Assembly (NCBI GenBank): GCA_050943375.1
Contig: JBMNPB010000003.1
Coordinates: 1,219 to 65,218 of the forward strand
Origin: a bacterium
GTDB lineage: Bacteria; Bacillota; SLNR01; JBMNPB01
Length of the DNA: 64,000 nt
Direction: 5' to 3'
Made by a program: the position numbers and the translations under genes. This document shows positions 1-10,863 of this stretch, in pieces; position 1 is the first letter of the stretch; each line of letters starts with the position of its first letter. The notes under the pieces were generated by a model, which was not told the DNA's origin, did no database searches, and saw nothing but the letters and a program-made list of their open reading frames with translations.

Positions 1-875
1 CTGTTCTCCGGCTTCACTTCCTTCAGCAGCAGACAGCCTTCCCCCGTCGCGACAGCAATGCCCCGCCCGTTCAGTACCCGGAGGACGGTCCCCGGCGGGC
101 TGCTGCTCTCCGCTGCCGCGGCCGGCATTATTTCGCTGGCGAGAACTTTCAGAACACCGCGGTTATCCAAAGTATACGCACCGGGCCAGGGATTCATGCC
201 GCGGACGAGATTATGGATTGACACCGCCGGCTGGCGCCAGTCAATTTTCTCATCCGCCCGAGTCAGCAGCGGGGCGTAAGTCGCCGCGCTGTCGTCCTGC
301 GGCTGACGGGGCGCCGTGCCGGCGGCAATCATCTCCACCGCCCGGACGAGCATGGCAGCACCGCGGTCAGCCAGGACATCGTGCATTGTCCCCACCGTAT
401 CGTCCGGGCCGATGGCCACCGCGCTCCGGAGAATGATATCTCCCGTATCCATGCCGGCATCCATATACATTATTGTCACTCCCGTCTCTTTTTCACCCCG
501 GATTATCGCCCAGTGAATGGGCGCTGCCCCCCGATACTTCGGCAGGAGTGAAGCATGGACATTGATACAGCCGTAAGGCGGGATGTTCAAAACAGTTGCC
601 GGCAGAATCTGGCCGTAAGCCGCGGTGACAATCAGGTCCGGCGCCAATTCCCGTAAGGCCGACACACTTTCTTCCCGCTTGATTCGAAGCGGCTGGAGAA
701 CCGGAATCCCCAATCGGAGCGCAGTTTCCTTCACCGGCGAAGCCTTAATCCGCCGGCCCCGCCCTGTTGGCTTGTCCGGCTGCGTGACGACGGCCACGAT
801 GGTATGGCCGCCGCACTGAAGCGTTTTCAGTGCCGGCACCGCAAAATCGGGCGTTCCCATAAAGACAATCCGCAT
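1..875 (-). CDS. fmt: methionyl-tRNA formyltransferase (3' end lies beyond the left window edge)
   Basis: Minus-strand ORF open to position 1. ATG at 875 gives MRIVFMGTPDFAVPALKTLQ, the canonical Fmt N-terminus. A GGAAGGTG RBS precedes it. It lies directly downstream of def. Confidence 0.9.
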   Translation of the reverse strand, partial: MRIVFMGTPDFAVPALKTLQCGGHTIVAVVTQPDKPTGRGRRIKASPVKETALRLGIPVLQPLRIKREESVSALRELAPDLIVTAAYGQILPATVLNIPPYGCINVHASLLPKYRGAAPIHWAIIRGEKETGVTIMYMDAGMDTGDIILRSAVAIGPDDTVGTMHDVLADRGAAMLVRAVEMIAAGTAPRQPQDDSAATYAPLLTRADEKIDWRQPAVSIHNLVRGMNPWPGAYTLDNRGVLKVLASEIMPAAAAESSSPPGTVLRVLNGRGIAVATGEGCLLLKEVKPEN

Positions 876-890
876 TAAATCACCTTCCGT

Positions 891-1424
891 TCATTCCGCC
901 TCCGAGGCGGCCGTCCCGTCAGCCGCCTCGGCGTCCGGCGCGGCCTGTTCTTCGACCGCGTCCGCCGCCGGTTCGTTCTTATACAGTTTTTCCGCCCGGT
1001 CGACAAAAAGGATTCCGTCCAGATGGTCGATCTCATGCTGCAAAGCCCGGGCCAGCAATCCTTCCCCCGCAATCCAGATCTTTTCCCCATTCCGGTTCAG
1101 AGCTTCCGCTTCTGCCCGGTTTGCCCGCCGCACATAACCGATGTATTCGGGAATGCTCAGGCACCCTTCCACCGCGCCTTCCTCCCCTTCCAGACGAGTC
1201 AGGCGCGGGTTAATCAACTCAATCAGCCCGTCGCCGGCATCAATCACAACAATTCTTTTCGCCACGCCCACCTGCGGGGCGGCGAGGCCGGCTCCTTTGG
1301 CCGCATACATCGTCTCCGCCATATCATCGAGGAGCGCCTTCACGCTCCGGCTGATGCGCCGCACCGGCGCCGCCTTCCCCCGCAAGACCCCGTCCCCGAG
1401 CTGTCTTATCTCCAATACCGCCAT
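891..1424 (-). CDS. def: peptide deformylase
   Basis: 177-aa ORF with the three deformylase motifs GAGLAAPQVG, EGCLSIP and HEIDHLDG. Confidence 0.95.
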   Translation of the reverse strand: MAVLEIRQLGDGVLRGKAAPVRRISRSVKALLDDMAETMYAAKGAGLAAPQVGVAKRIVVIDAGDGLIELINPRLTRLEGEEGAVEGCLSIPEYIGYVRRANRAEAEALNRNGEKIWIAGEGLLARALQHEIDHLDGILFVDRAEKLYKNEPAADAVEEQAAPDAEAADGTAASEAE

Positions 1425-1441
1425 GAATGCAACATCCTCCT

Positions 1442-3937
1442 TTACACTATCCCAACCGGCTCAATATCTATACTAATGTATACTCCGCTGATTTGTGCAT
1501 CCTCGTCAGCCGCTTGGCGACTCTCCCGGAGCAGCCGTGTCAATCCGGCTCTTTCCTTCCCTTTCAGAACAATCTGCCAACGGTATTTCCCGTTAATTTT
1601 TTTCAGGAGAGCGGGGACGGGCCCGAGGATTTCCGTAGCAGCGGCCGCCTTCCGGGCCGCAGCGCGCACAATTTCGCCGAAACGCCCGGCAGCGGTGATT
1701 GTTCTCTCCTCTGACTCCGAAAAGATCAGAATACTCGCCAGATACCCAAAGGGCGGATACCACAGTTCCCGCCGGTTCGCGATCTCCTCCCGGTAGAAAG
1801 AGGCGTAATCGTGGGTCCGGGCGGCGATAATCGAGTAATGTTCCGGGTTATACGTCTGAATAATGACGTTCCCGCCGTCTTCCCCGCGGCCGGCCCGGCC
1901 GGCTACCTGGGTCAGCAGTTGAAAAGTCCTCTCTCCCGCCGAATAGTCGGGCAGGTGAAGAGCGGTGTCGGCCGTTACTACTCCGACTAAGGTGACATGG
2001 GGGAAATCCAGACCTTTCGCAATCATTTGCGTGCCGATGAGAATGTCGGCCGCCTGCTTCCGGAATGTGTTCAAAATGGCGGCATGGGATCCTTTCCGGC
2101 TCGTCGTGTCCGTGTCCATTCTAAGAACCCGGGCGGCCGGGAAAAGTTTTTTCACTTCCGTTTCCACCCGTTCCGTACCGATGCCGAAATAGCGGATGTG
2201 ATGGCTGCGGCAGCGCGGGCATGTCGCCGGGGCCGGCCGGGAATAATCACAGTAATGGCACTGCAGGCGATTCGTCGCGGCATGGTAAGTCAGGGACACT
2301 TCGCATTGCGGGCAGCGCATCACCCAGCCGCATTCCCGGCAAAGAACGAAAGTCGAAAATCCGCGTCGGTTCAAAAATATTATCGCCTGCTGCCGCGCCG
2401 CAAGGCACGCCTCGATTCCCGCCTGCAACCGCCGGCTGAAGGGGCTTTTGTTGCCGGCTTTCAATTCTTCCCGCATGTCGATGATTTCCACCGGGGGCAA
2501 CGGCCGATCGTCGATGCGCCGCGTCAGCCGCAGCAATGTGAATTCCCCGGCGAGGGAGCGATAATAAGTGCGGACGGAGGGCGTCGCGCTGCCAAGAACG
2601 ACCACCGCCTTTTCCAGACGGGCCCGCTCAATAGCGACGTCCCGGGCATGATATTTGGGATTGTCCGTCTGCTTATATGAAGCCTCTTGCTCTTCATCGA
2701 TGACAATTAACCCCAGGTGCGGGAAAGGCGCGAACACCGCCGACCTGGCTCCGACAACTACGCTGACGGCGCCGTCCCGGATTCTCCGCCATTCATCATA
2801 TCGCTCTCCCCGGCCGAGGCGGCTGTGCAAAACAGCCACCGCCGGTCCGAAACGGGCCCGGAAGCGTTCAACCGTCTGAGGCGTTAAGGCGATTTCCGGC
2901 ACTAAGACAATGGCCTGCCGGCCGGAGGCAATGGCGCGGCTGATGACACGCAGATAAACCTCCGTCTTGCCGCTGCCGGTTACCCCCTGCAAAAGAACGG
3001 TTGCCGGCCGGCCGGCGGACAGCTTCGCTTCAATAGCGCGGACGGCCGTCGCCTGCTCAGTCGTCAGGGTGACCGGCTTGTCCGCCGCGACCGCTCTACC
3101 GGCAGCCGGATCACGCCGGACCTCTTCCCGCCGGCAAACCAGATAACCTTTGTCAGCAAGAGCCCGGATCGCCGCCGCCGGTACAGCCGCGGCCGTCCGC
3201 AATTCCTCCAGCCAGACCCCGTCCGGGTACGCCGCGGCCGCCGCCAGCGCCTGCGCTTGCCGGGGCGCGCGGGCCCGCATCCGCTCAGCGCCGGCCCGCA
3301 TTGCCGCCGGCGCCAGCAGCGGGATGACGCGGGTGGCATATTTGGGCTGCAGGCCCCGCATCCAGCTTTCCTCCGTTGTCACCAGGCCTTTGGCCGCGAG
3401 AGCCCGGATTACCGGCAGCAGTGATTTGCCGCCCAGTTCCCTGGCCAGAGCCGCCCGGCTCATCTCTCCTTTTTCCTGCAGCAGTGACAGCACCGCCGCC
3501 TGCCGCGGCGCTTTGCCGCCGAGTCCGGTCACTGCCGCAGCGGCCGCGTCCGCCGAAACGGCCAGACGAACCGTAAGGCTCTGCTCCTGATGCAGCCCGG
3601 CGGGTAAAACGCAGCGGAGAGCTTCCACAAAAGAGCAGAGATAATAATCAGCCAGCCAGCGGGCGAGTTGCAAAAGGCGGGGACTCACGACCGGATCGGT
3701 ATCAAGAAGGCGGATGATGTCCTTGACATCGGCCACGTCCGGTTCGGCGACAAAACCGAGAATATATCCTTCTACTTTACGGCCGGCGAAAGGAACGAGG
3801 GCGCGCCCGCCCACGACTGCTTTCTCCCGCAGCGGCGGCGGCAGGCGATAATGAAAAAAGCGGTCGATTGACCGAGCCGGTAAATTGACTACCACCGCCG
3901 CGAATTCTTTATTGGATTTTTCTGCCGTAACCGGCAT
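1442..3937 (-). CDS. priA: primosomal protein N' (replication restart helicase PriA)
   Basis: ORF 1442-3979. Walker A GVTGSGKT, DEEQE box and a Cys-rich zinc region (CRECGW..CPQC..CHYC..CPRC). The internal ATG at 3937 has a GGAGG RBS 7 nt upstream, so it is preferred as the start. Confidence 0.92.
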   Translation of the reverse strand: MPVTAEKSNKEFAAVVVNLPARSIDRFFHYRLPPPLREKAVVGGRALVPFAGRKVEGYILGFVAEPDVADVKDIIRLLDTDPVVSPRLLQLARWLADYYLCSFVEALRCVLPAGLHQEQSLTVRLAVSADAAAAAVTGLGGKAPRQAAVLSLLQEKGEMSRAALARELGGKSLLPVIRALAAKGLVTTEESWMRGLQPKYATRVIPLLAPAAMRAGAERMRARAPRQAQALAAAAAYPDGVWLEELRTAAAVPAAAIRALADKGYLVCRREEVRRDPAAGRAVAADKPVTLTTEQATAVRAIEAKLSAGRPATVLLQGVTGSGKTEVYLRVISRAIASGRQAIVLVPEIALTPQTVERFRARFGPAVAVLHSRLGRGERYDEWRRIRDGAVSVVVGARSAVFAPFPHLGLIVIDEEQEASYKQTDNPKYHARDVAIERARLEKAVVVLGSATPSVRTYYRSLAGEFTLLRLTRRIDDRPLPPVEIIDMREELKAGNKSPFSRRLQAGIEACLAARQQAIIFLNRRGFSTFVLCRECGWVMRCPQCEVSLTYHAATNRLQCHYCDYSRPAPATCPRCRSHHIRYFGIGTERVETEVKKLFPAARVLRMDTDTTSRKGSHAAILNTFRKQAADILIGTQMIAKGLDFPHVTLVGVVTADTALHLPDYSAGERTFQLLTQVAGRAGRGEDGGNVIIQTYNPEHYSIIAARTHDYASFYREEIANRRELWYPPFGYLASILIFSESEERTITAAGRFGEIVRAAARKAAAATEILGPVPALLKKINGKYRWQIVLKGKERAGLTRLLRESRQAADEDAQISGVYISIDIEPVGIV

Positions 3938-4158
3938 GCAAATTCCTCCATGACAGCCGAATTCAGCCAGATTAACCAAAAGAATTCGACGCGGCGGCTG
4001 GGAAACCCTCCCCGTCCGTTAATATGCTTTGGCTTGAGCGGCGGCGGAGCGCCGGAGATCAACCGGGTTAATGAAGGCTTCCACGCGCTGGTGACATAAC
4101 CGTTCCTCTGTTTAATATGCTTGCCGTATCTTCTGGAAATATGCGGCGCCGGCCGGCG

Positions 4159-4198
4159 AAAAAAAACACCGGCCGGTTCCGCTCCGAACCCCGGTGTT
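4159..4198 (-). terminator. intrinsic terminator after coaBC
   Basis: The minus strand reads ACACCGG-GGTTC-ggagcg-GAACC-gg-CCGGTGT followed by T8, immediately after the coaBC stop. Confidence 0.6.
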
Positions 4199-4202
4199 TC
4201 TC

Positions 4203-5414
4203 TTATTTCATAAGCTCGCGGACCCGGTCCAGCAGCTTCTCCGCCACCTGCCTTTTCGTCAGTTGCGGCAGCGCTTCAACGTTCCCTTCCCGGTCAATGA
4301 TGCTGACAATATTCGTGTCACCGGCGAAACCGGCCCCTTCCTGCGTTACATCGTTCGCGACAATTAAATCGAGATTCTTCTTCCGGTATTTGGCGACGGC
4401 GTTGGCGAGGACATCGTTCGTCTCCGCCGCGAACCCGACCAAAATCCGGTCCCCTTTCCTCTGTCCCAGTTCGTAAAGAATGTCCGGATTCCGCTCCAAT
4501 TCGATGATCATTTTCCCTTCGCTTTTTTTGATTTTCTCCGCCGCCGCCCGGACAGGGCGGTAATCAGACACCGCCGCGCTCTTGATGATAATATCGGCCG
4601 CTTCGTAATTGGCTATTACGGCGTTGTACATGTCGACGGCGCTTTTGATCTGCATGGTCTCCACTCCCGCCGGAGCCGGCAAATGAGTCGGACCGCTGAT
4701 CAGCACGACGTGCGCTCCCCGGTCACGGGCCGCCTCAGCCACGGCGTACCCCATCTTACCGGTAGAAGGATTCGAGAGATGGCGGACCGGGTCGATGGCT
4801 TCCCGGGTCGGCCCGGCCGTGACTAAGACTCTTTTGCCGGTGAAATCTGCCGACGCCCCCAGGAGGCGGACGGCCGCGTCCACCAGAACCGCCGTCTCCG
4901 GCAGTCGTCCTTTGCCTGAAGCCCCGCTCGCCAGGATGCCGGTGTCCGGCTCGATAATGTGATAGCCGAGACCGACCAGTTTGCGCAAATTGGTCTGGGT
5001 TATCGGGTTCTCGTACATATTAACGTTCATCGCCGGGGCGATAAGAACAGGGGCCTGCGTCGCCATCACCGTAGTGGCGAGAAGATCGTCCGCAATGCCG
5101 CCCGCGATCTTGCCGATAATGTTGGCAGTCGCCGGCACAATCATGAAGATATCCGCCCGCTCGGCCAGAGCAATATGCTCCACCGCCCAGCGCTTCGGCT
5201 CCGCCCACATGTCGGTGTACACCGGATTGTGCGACAGAGTCTGGAAGGTCAGCGGGCTGACGAGCCGCGTTGCCGCCGCCGTCATAATCACGAGAACTTC
5301 GCTGCCGGCCTTACGGAGCTGGCTGACGACATCGACCGCCTTGTAAGCGGCAATCCCTCCCGTGACGCCGAACAGTATCGTTTTCCCGCGCAGTATTTCC
5401 CTGCCTTGAGTCAT
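4203..5414 (-). CDS. coaBC: bifunctional phosphopantothenoylcysteine decarboxylase / phosphopantothenate-cysteine ligase
   Basis: 403 aa. N-terminal flavoprotein domain ([10 protein letters not shown]) plus a C-terminal CoaB-like domain ([16 protein letters not shown]). Confidence 0.92.
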   Translation of the reverse strand: MTQGREILRGKTILFGVTGGIAAYKAVDVVSQLRKAGSEVLVIMTAAATRLVSPLTFQTLSHNPVYTDMWAEPKRWAVEHIALAERADIFMIVPATANIIGKIAGGIADDLLATTVMATQAPVLIAPAMNVNMYENPITQTNLRKLVGLGYHIIEPDTGILASGASGKGRLPETAVLVDAAVRLLGASADFTGKRVLVTAGPTREAIDPVRHLSNPSTGKMGYAVAEAARDRGAHVVLISGPTHLPAPAGVETMQIKSAVDMYNAVIANYEAADIIIKSAAVSDYRPVRAAAEKIKKSEGKMIIELERNPDILYELGQRKGDRILVGFAAETNDVLANAVAKYRKKNLDLIVANDVTQEGAGFAGDTNIVSIIDREGNVEALPQLTKRQVAEKLLDRVRELMK

Positions 5415-5457
5415 CGTTTCTTCCCCCTCAGAACCGAAAACGCGCGAACGGCCGCGC

Positions 5458-5697
5458 CTATTTGGCGCTCTGCTTCGTCCGCTCGTAAGTAATGTTGCCG
5501 GCGGCGATTTCCTCCAGGGCCACGGTCACCATTTTGTTCGACTTGGAATTTACCGTCGTTTCTTCCCCCTGCTGCAGTTCGCGGGCCCGCTTGGCCGCGA
5601 TCGCCACCAATGTATATTTGCTGTCCGCCTTTTTCAGTAATTCGTCCAGCGGTGGAAATATCATCCTGCCTTTACCTCCCCGTCCAGCACGCTTCAT
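5458..5697 (-). CDS. rpoZ: DNA-directed RNA polymerase subunit omega
   Basis: 79 aa containing SKYTLVAIAAKRARELQ. The start overlaps the gmk stop (ATGA). Confidence 0.85.
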   Translation of the reverse strand: MKRAGRGGKGRMIFPPLDELLKKADSKYTLVAIAAKRARELQQGEETTVNSKSNKMVTVALEEIAAGNITYERTKQSAK

Positions 5698-6320
5698 TCG
5701 GAAAGCAAGACGGACCGATGGGCCGGCCAGCGTCTCGCCGTCCGGAGCTTTTCCGCCGTGATGATTGCCTTAATCTCTGCCACGGCCTGCTCCAAGTCGT
5801 CGTTGACCACTATGTAATCATAATTCACTGCCTGCCTGATTTCGTCCACCGCGCAGCGATAACGTTTTTCCAGCATCGCCGGCGTCTCCGAGCCTCTCGC
5901 CTCAATTCGCCGGCGGAGTTCGGACAAAAGCGGCGGCACGATGAAGATAAAAACCCCTTCCGGGTATCCTTTCCTCACTTGTGCTCCGCCCTGGACGTCT
6001 AATTTCAGGATAATATCCCGGTTCGCCGCCAGCTGCCTTTCCACGGCCGCTCGGGGCGTCCCGTAAAAATAACCGTAAATGCCAGCCCATTCCAACAGCC
6101 CGCCCTCGTCAATCATCGCGCGGAACCGCTCCTGGCTGACGAAATAATAATCAACGCCATCCTTTTCATCGGGACGCGGGCTGCGCGTTGTCGCCGAAAC
6201 CGAATAATGCAGTTCCGGCACCTCCCGCATCAGGGCCCGGATAATCGTATCCTTGCCGGCGCCGGAAGGACCCGAAAGCACAATCAGGAGACCTTTGTCA
6301 CCCGGCAATTGTTCAGACAA
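5694..6320 (-). CDS. gmk: guanylate kinase
   Basis: P-loop GPSGAGKDT and the YYFVS..F motif region. The track ORF extends to 6449 but would overlap remA. The in-frame TTG at 6320 ([17 protein letters not shown]) gives a typical ~209-aa protein. Confidence 0.88.
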   Translation of the reverse strand: MSEQLPGDKGLLIVLSGPSGAGKDTIIRALMREVPELHYSVSATTRSPRPDEKDGVDYYFVSQERFRAMIDEGGLLEWAGIYGYFYGTPRAAVERQLAANRDIILKLDVQGGAQVRKGYPEGVFIFIVPPLLSELRRRIEARGSETPAMLEKRYRCAVDEIRQAVNYDYIVVNDDLEQAVAEIKAIITAEKLRTARRWPAHRSVLLSE

Positions 6321-6579
6321 CGCTATCTTCGTGCGTCTCACGGCTGGCCAGGCGATGCGCCACTGTTTCCGGCTGAACCGCGGACAAAACGACGTGGTCG
6401 CTGTCGACAATGACAACCGCCCGGGTCCGGCGTCCGTAAGTAGCGTCAATCAGACGGCCGCGGTCGCGCGCTTCCTGAATAATCCGCTTGATCGGAGCGG
6501 ATTCCGGACTGACAATCGCGATGATGCGGTTGGCGGAGACGATATTCCCAAACCCAATGTTGATTAATTTGATATCCAT
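6313..6579 (-). CDS. remA: RemA/DUF370 family regulator
   Basis: [69 protein letters not shown] is almost identical in pattern to Bacillus RemA as I recall it. The start is taken at the internal ATG of ORF 6313-6663. Confidence 0.9.
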   Translation of the reverse strand: MDIKLINIGFGNIVSANRIIAIVSPESAPIKRIIQEARDRGRLIDATYGRRTRAVVIVDSDHVVLSAVQPETVAHRLASRETHEDSVV

Positions 6580-6683
6580 TCTGCAACCTCCCAATCCATT
6601 TTCATAATTCAGGGTGCGGCGAATTCTCCTGTTCCGCGCGATGGCTTCGGCTACTGGACGCAAGCAGCGGGACCCTTCACCTC

Positions 6684-7562
6684 CTATTCCAGATTTTGCA
6701 CCTGCTCGCGGATTTTTTCCAATTCGCTTTTTACTTCTACTACCGCCGCGGCTATCGTATAGTCAGAGGCTTTGGAACCGATGGTATTCACCTCGCGGTT
6801 GATTTCCTGCAATATGAAATCCAGTTTCCGGCCGACCTCATTCCCCTGCTCCAACGTCTGACGAATCTGCTCCAAATGACTTTGCAGCCTGATAAGTTCC
6901 TCGGTGATGCTGCTTTTGTCGGCCAGGATGGCAACTTCCATCAACAAGCGGGTTTCGTCCAGCTCCACGCTGCCGAGTAAATCCTCCAGGCGGGTTTTGA
7001 GACGTTCTCGCGCCTCTTCGACGACCAAACCCGATCTTTCCTCAATTATTTTAATAATTTGTCCAATTTTCGCCGTTCTATGTGCTATGTCAAGACTCAG
7101 GGCGGCGCCTTCCTTACCGCGCATCGCGCGAAGAGCAAGCAGTGCCGCGTCGAGCGCCCCGGCCACTTCCGGCCACAGCGCATCCAAATCCTCCTCGGGC
7201 TCACTGAGGACAATGACATCGGGGAATTTTGCCACTAGGCTGATATCGACGGCACCGGGAAGATTAAGCTCCGCCACCAATTCCTGCAATGCCTCAGTAT
7301 AAGCCAGAGCCAGGCCCCGGTCGACGCTGAGGCTTTTCTTTTTGGCTTCGCCCGGTTCAATGCTCACATAGACCTCGACCCGACCGCGAAAAATATTCGC
7401 CTGGACGGTGCGGCGGATTCGTTCTTCCAGTCCGGCATATTGCCGGGGGAGACGGACAACGACTTCGCAGTATCGGTGATTGACCGAGCGCATCTGAACG
7501 TTGATCACCCAGGCCTCGCTCCGGCTGGCGCCCTGCCCGTATCCGGTCATGCTGCTGACCAT
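6684..7562 (-). CDS. yicC: YicC/YloC family stress-induced protein (endoribonuclease family)
   Basis: MTGYGQG N-terminus and a C-terminal DUF1732-like [11 protein letters not shown] motif. The ATG at 7562 is preceded by AGGTGG. Confidence 0.9.
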   Translation of the reverse strand: MVSSMTGYGQGASRSEAWVINVQMRSVNHRYCEVVVRLPRQYAGLEERIRRTVQANIFRGRVEVYVSIEPGEAKKKSLSVDRGLALAYTEALQELVAELNLPGAVDISLVAKFPDVIVLSEPEEDLDALWPEVAGALDAALLALRAMRGKEGAALSLDIAHRTAKIGQIIKIIEERSGLVVEEARERLKTRLEDLLGSVELDETRLLMEVAILADKSSITEELIRLQSHLEQIRQTLEQGNEVGRKLDFILQEINREVNTIGSKASDYTIAAAVVEVKSELEKIREQVQNLE

Positions 7563-8044
7563 TTTTTCCACCTGCCGATTTTACCATTCTGGTATCGGCA
7601 ACATAAATTCGCCCTCAACTCCGGGAAACCCTTTTTCTAATGAAAAAAATGCCGGTATCTTTTCCATGCTGGCCCAAACGCTTTCTTTCAGCCGGAACCG
7701 TGCTGCCGACCCCGCCAACAGCAACCCGGGCGTGGCGCGGGGTTCGGATTTGCGTTTCCGGAATTTTGACACCGGGCGGGGCGGTATTTTCCCCGGACTG
7801 AAAACCAAGCGGCGAAAGGCAAGGACGCGGGGCAACCACCTGTGCCGCAAGGAATTCACCGCATCCGGACCAGCCGGCGGGGGTAACGGCGGGCCGGCCG
7901 GGATGACCACCCGGGCGCATTGTCCGAACCCGCAAGAAAAGAACCGCCCGCCGCTCCGATGCGAAATAACCGCCCCGGCACCGCGTGCTATAATGCTCCC
8001 GCAGGGTGAGAGACGAAAAAGAAATAATAAGTTAGCAAGGTGTT

Positions 8045-8576
8045 ATGAACAAGTGAAATCAGTATTCAGCCAAATTTCAAGCCAAGGCGGTCCGGGAGAT
8101 ACTCCGGGAGGAAGCGACCATTAGCGAGATCGCTGCTAAATACAGCTTCCGTGGTTAGCCGCTGGAAGCAAGCGTTCATAGCGAGAGCGGCGGAGGCCGG
8201 AAACCATCAACAGCGACCAGGGCGGGCATTTTACCAACCGCAATTGCATCGGATTACCGGAAGAAAGCAGTCTAAGCATCTCGAAGGACGGGCGCGGCCA
8301 ATGCTCGGACAATGCCAGGACTGAATGCTTCTCCCGGACGCTGAAATATGACCGGATCTCCATCACCAATACGAGACCCCAAAGGAACTGTGAGCGATGC
8401 TCAAAGAGTATACGGAGACCTACAATACCCACCGGCCCCACTCAGCCGTAAATGGTGCCTGCCCTATCGATTACTACCGGAAAAACAGGGTCGATGCAGC
8501 GGCCTGAAAAAATCAAACCCGGAAATGAGGATAACTTAAATTTTCTAATCCGTGCCTTGATAATAGGGGCAGTGCA
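8045..8576 (+). mobile_element. IS3-family element remnant (OrfA HTH fragment fused to a C-terminal integrase-core fragment, multiple stops)
   Basis: Translation gives MNK*NQYSAKFQAKAVREILREEATISEIAAKY, then INSDQGGHFT..ISKDGRGQCSDNARTECFSRTLKY..TYNTHRPH-like pieces in shifted frames. It ends with ..GGGGCAGTGCA at 8576 (a TG..CA type terminus). Confidence 0.6.
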
Positions 8577-8885
8577 GAGTTCTGCCTGCAGCATTGACTG
8601 AACAGTCTCAGCCATGAGGCCTTTGATGCACTGATTTACACCGCTCATGTCTTTTAGACCCTGTTGCTTGATGAGTTCTCTTGATTTGTCCCGGTCGATT
8701 TTGCCATAAAGAAACCTCCCTTTTCCAGTTCATTTTATCTGGTCTGGGAGGTTATCAAGGTTTTCAGCACTCTCGCCGGCTTTGTTATGCCATAAGCACC
8801 TTTTTATGTGGCTGGAGGTATACACAAGATCAATGGTGCTCACATAGTCTAAGGTTTACAAAATTTGCGGAGTACCATTTCGCGA
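8577..8885 (-). mobile_element. 5' fragment of an IS256-family (mutator-type) element, truncated by the IS3 insertion
   Basis: The minus strand encodes ..IDRDKSRELIKQQGLKDMSGVNQCIKGLMAETVQSMLQAEL and stops exactly at the IS3 end. The leader carries a CCTCCC/GGGAGG hairpin. A putative terminal repeat GGTACTCCGCAAATT lies near 8862-8885. It is homologous to 24215-24345. Confidence 0.5.
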
Positions 8886-9014
8886 TTAGGGTTCATACTC
8901 TATGGTCCTCTCAATGCAGGTAAAAAATAAGCCTCCATCGCAGAATCTCTAATTACGGAGGCTTAAGTAAGGTTTTTGTGATAATGGTATATATTGATAG
9001 TTGGCTTCACGGCT

Positions 9015-9503
9015 TTATTTTCCCGGATTTTCAAGTGTTCTGGCTGAACGTTTACCCGTCAAAATTTCTATAGTAATTTCTACAACTGTGGCTTCAGCCG
9101 CAGTATGAGCCCTTCCCCGACAGTCAATCCCAGGGCAATATTTATCCATAATTAACTGGATAGCTTTTGCTTTTGTATCCTCATTCTCAACAATTTTAGC
9201 TGTTCCAAAACCAGTAACACTCCGATAAAACGCCGACACTTGCTCCCTTAATACTTTATGAGCTGATACAGCGGTCACGCATACTTTGGGGCATTGCTTA
9301 ATATTATCCAGTTTGTGCCCACTGCCAGCACTATGAAAATAGACCTTGTTGCTGCCATCAAAGGCATAATTCACGACTACACCATATGGTTGCCCATCTT
9401 CGTCAACGGTACTAATCGTAGCTATTTCCGTTTCCATCAGTATTGCCTTTGCCTCGATGTCATTCAGCAACAATTCTTTCCGCCTCATAATTCCTATCGG
9501 CAT
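9015..9503 (-). CDS. pyridoxamine 5'-phosphate oxidase-family (split-barrel flavin-binding) protein
   Basis: MRRKELLL..ATISTVDEDGQPYGVVVNYAFDGSNKVYFHSAGSGHKLDNI is typical of the PNPOx-like family. The ATG at 9503 follows AGGGAG. Confidence 0.72.
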   Translation of the reverse strand: MPIGIMRRKELLLNDIEAKAILMETEIATISTVDEDGQPYGVVVNYAFDGSNKVYFHSAGSGHKLDNIKQCPKVCVTAVSAHKVLREQVSAFYRSVTGFGTAKIVENEDTKAKAIQLIMDKYCPGIDCRGRAHTAAEATVVEITIEILTGKRSARTLENPGK

Positions 9504-9563
9504 AATTAACGCTCCCTTTCTGTGTAAAACTATCATAATTCACACGGATACCTACCTGCGAAA

Positions 9564-9896
9564 CTACAATAGCGAATCTACTCGGTGAACCTTAAAAGTC
9601 ACTGTACTATCGTCGTGACTTGCCGTTCCGGTCAAACGGTATCCGGTCTTGCCCACAGTTGCAATCACTTGGCGGAATCCAGTTTCACTAATATTAGACC
9701 GGGTGACGTTCATTTTATGCACATTGAACATTATGATCTCGTCTGTAACCTCTATCGCCTTTCTAACGACAATCATATGTGGCTTACCTTCTGAAGAAAG
9801 AGAACATAGAGTAAGAAATGGGGTATTGCAAATGACCTCTTTATTCTCCGGGGATAAGACGGGGCCACATCCCGTTTCGCCACACTGGCACTTCAT
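9564..9896 (-). CDS. small PNPOx-like split-barrel protein with an N-terminal CxCxxxxC extension
   Basis: 110 aa. FLTLCSLSSEGKPHMIVVRK..MNVTRSNISETG..GYRLTGTA resembles short flavin-binding split-barrel proteins. The N-terminus is MKCQCGETGCGP. Confidence 0.45.
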   Translation of the reverse strand: MKCQCGETGCGPVLSPENKEVICNTPFLTLCSLSSEGKPHMIVVRKAIEVTDEIIMFNVHKMNVTRSNISETGFRQVIATVGKTGYRLTGTASHDDSTVTFKVHRVDSLL

Positions 9897-9977
9897 ATCA
9901 TCATCACTCCTTAGAATTAATCTACATCTACTTTAGCATAATTCTCAGGAAGTGACTGTAAAATAGTTTACAATGAC

Positions 9978-10655
9978 TCAGAAACAACACATATGAACAA
10001 TATATTGTCGACTTTCACGGCTAATGCTGCCTCTCTTCAATAGCTCCGTAATAGCGTGTGAAACCATCACTCTTGATGCCCCTACGATAGATGCAAGTTC
10101 TTCTTGTGTAAGTTTAAGTTTGATTTTTATTCCCTGGTGATGATGCTCCCCATGTTGACGGGCAAGCTGAATTAGTGTGCCTAATACTTTTTCTTCTGTT
10201 GTCTGGGAATTGAAGTCCGCCATTTGCCTCCAAGCGCTGTAGAGACGTTCTCCTAATGTTTCGATCAGCTGAATTGCCATCTCTGGATTTGCTCTTAGTA
10301 ATTGCCTAAAAGTTGCCCGAGCAATACTGCAAACCTTTACTTCCTCTAAAGCAACAGCTGTAAATGGATGAAGCATTCCTTTTCGAAAAAGGGCTGACTC
10401 TCCGATAGTCTCCCCGATACCAATAATATGCAGAATCGCTTCTTCGCCTTCTGCTGTGAGACGAACAGCTTTTAATGTTCCATCCTTAATGATATATACA
10501 GCGTCTGCCTGGTCGCCTTGTCTGAACAATATTTCGCCTTTCTTCAATTGTAATTTGCTGGTGGCACGACAGACAAGGCTGAACGTTTCTTTATTCAGAT
10601 CGCGGAAGTAAGGCAGGTCATGAAGGCAAAAATAACTAATTTGCATGGCTTCCAC
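9978..10655 (-). CDS. Crp/Fnr family transcriptional regulator
   Basis: 225 aa. cNMP-binding beta-roll (GEILFRQGDQADAVYIIKDGTLK) plus a C-terminal HTH (LTQEELASIVGASRVMVSHAITEL). Confidence 0.85.
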   Translation of the reverse strand: MEAMQISYFCLHDLPYFRDLNKETFSLVCRATSKLQLKKGEILFRQGDQADAVYIIKDGTLKAVRLTAEGEEAILHIIGIGETIGESALFRKGMLHPFTAVALEEVKVCSIARATFRQLLRANPEMAIQLIETLGERLYSAWRQMADFNSQTTEEKVLGTLIQLARQHGEHHHQGIKIKLKLTQEELASIVGASRVMVSHAITELLKRGSISRESRQYIVHMCCF

Positions 10656-10863
10656 CCTCGATTATTGTCTACGAATTATGCCAGGATTATTATGTGAAAA
10701 CTCGACCTTTCCCCCTATTCACGATTGGTGCGCCTTTTCCTTCATAATAGAACCAGACATCATATAACAGCTAAGCATTAACATTTTAAAGTCCGGCTGA
10801 ATAAATGAATTATCATAGAGAGTAAACAAAACAACAATCATGACCTGCGCGTCAATCTATAAA

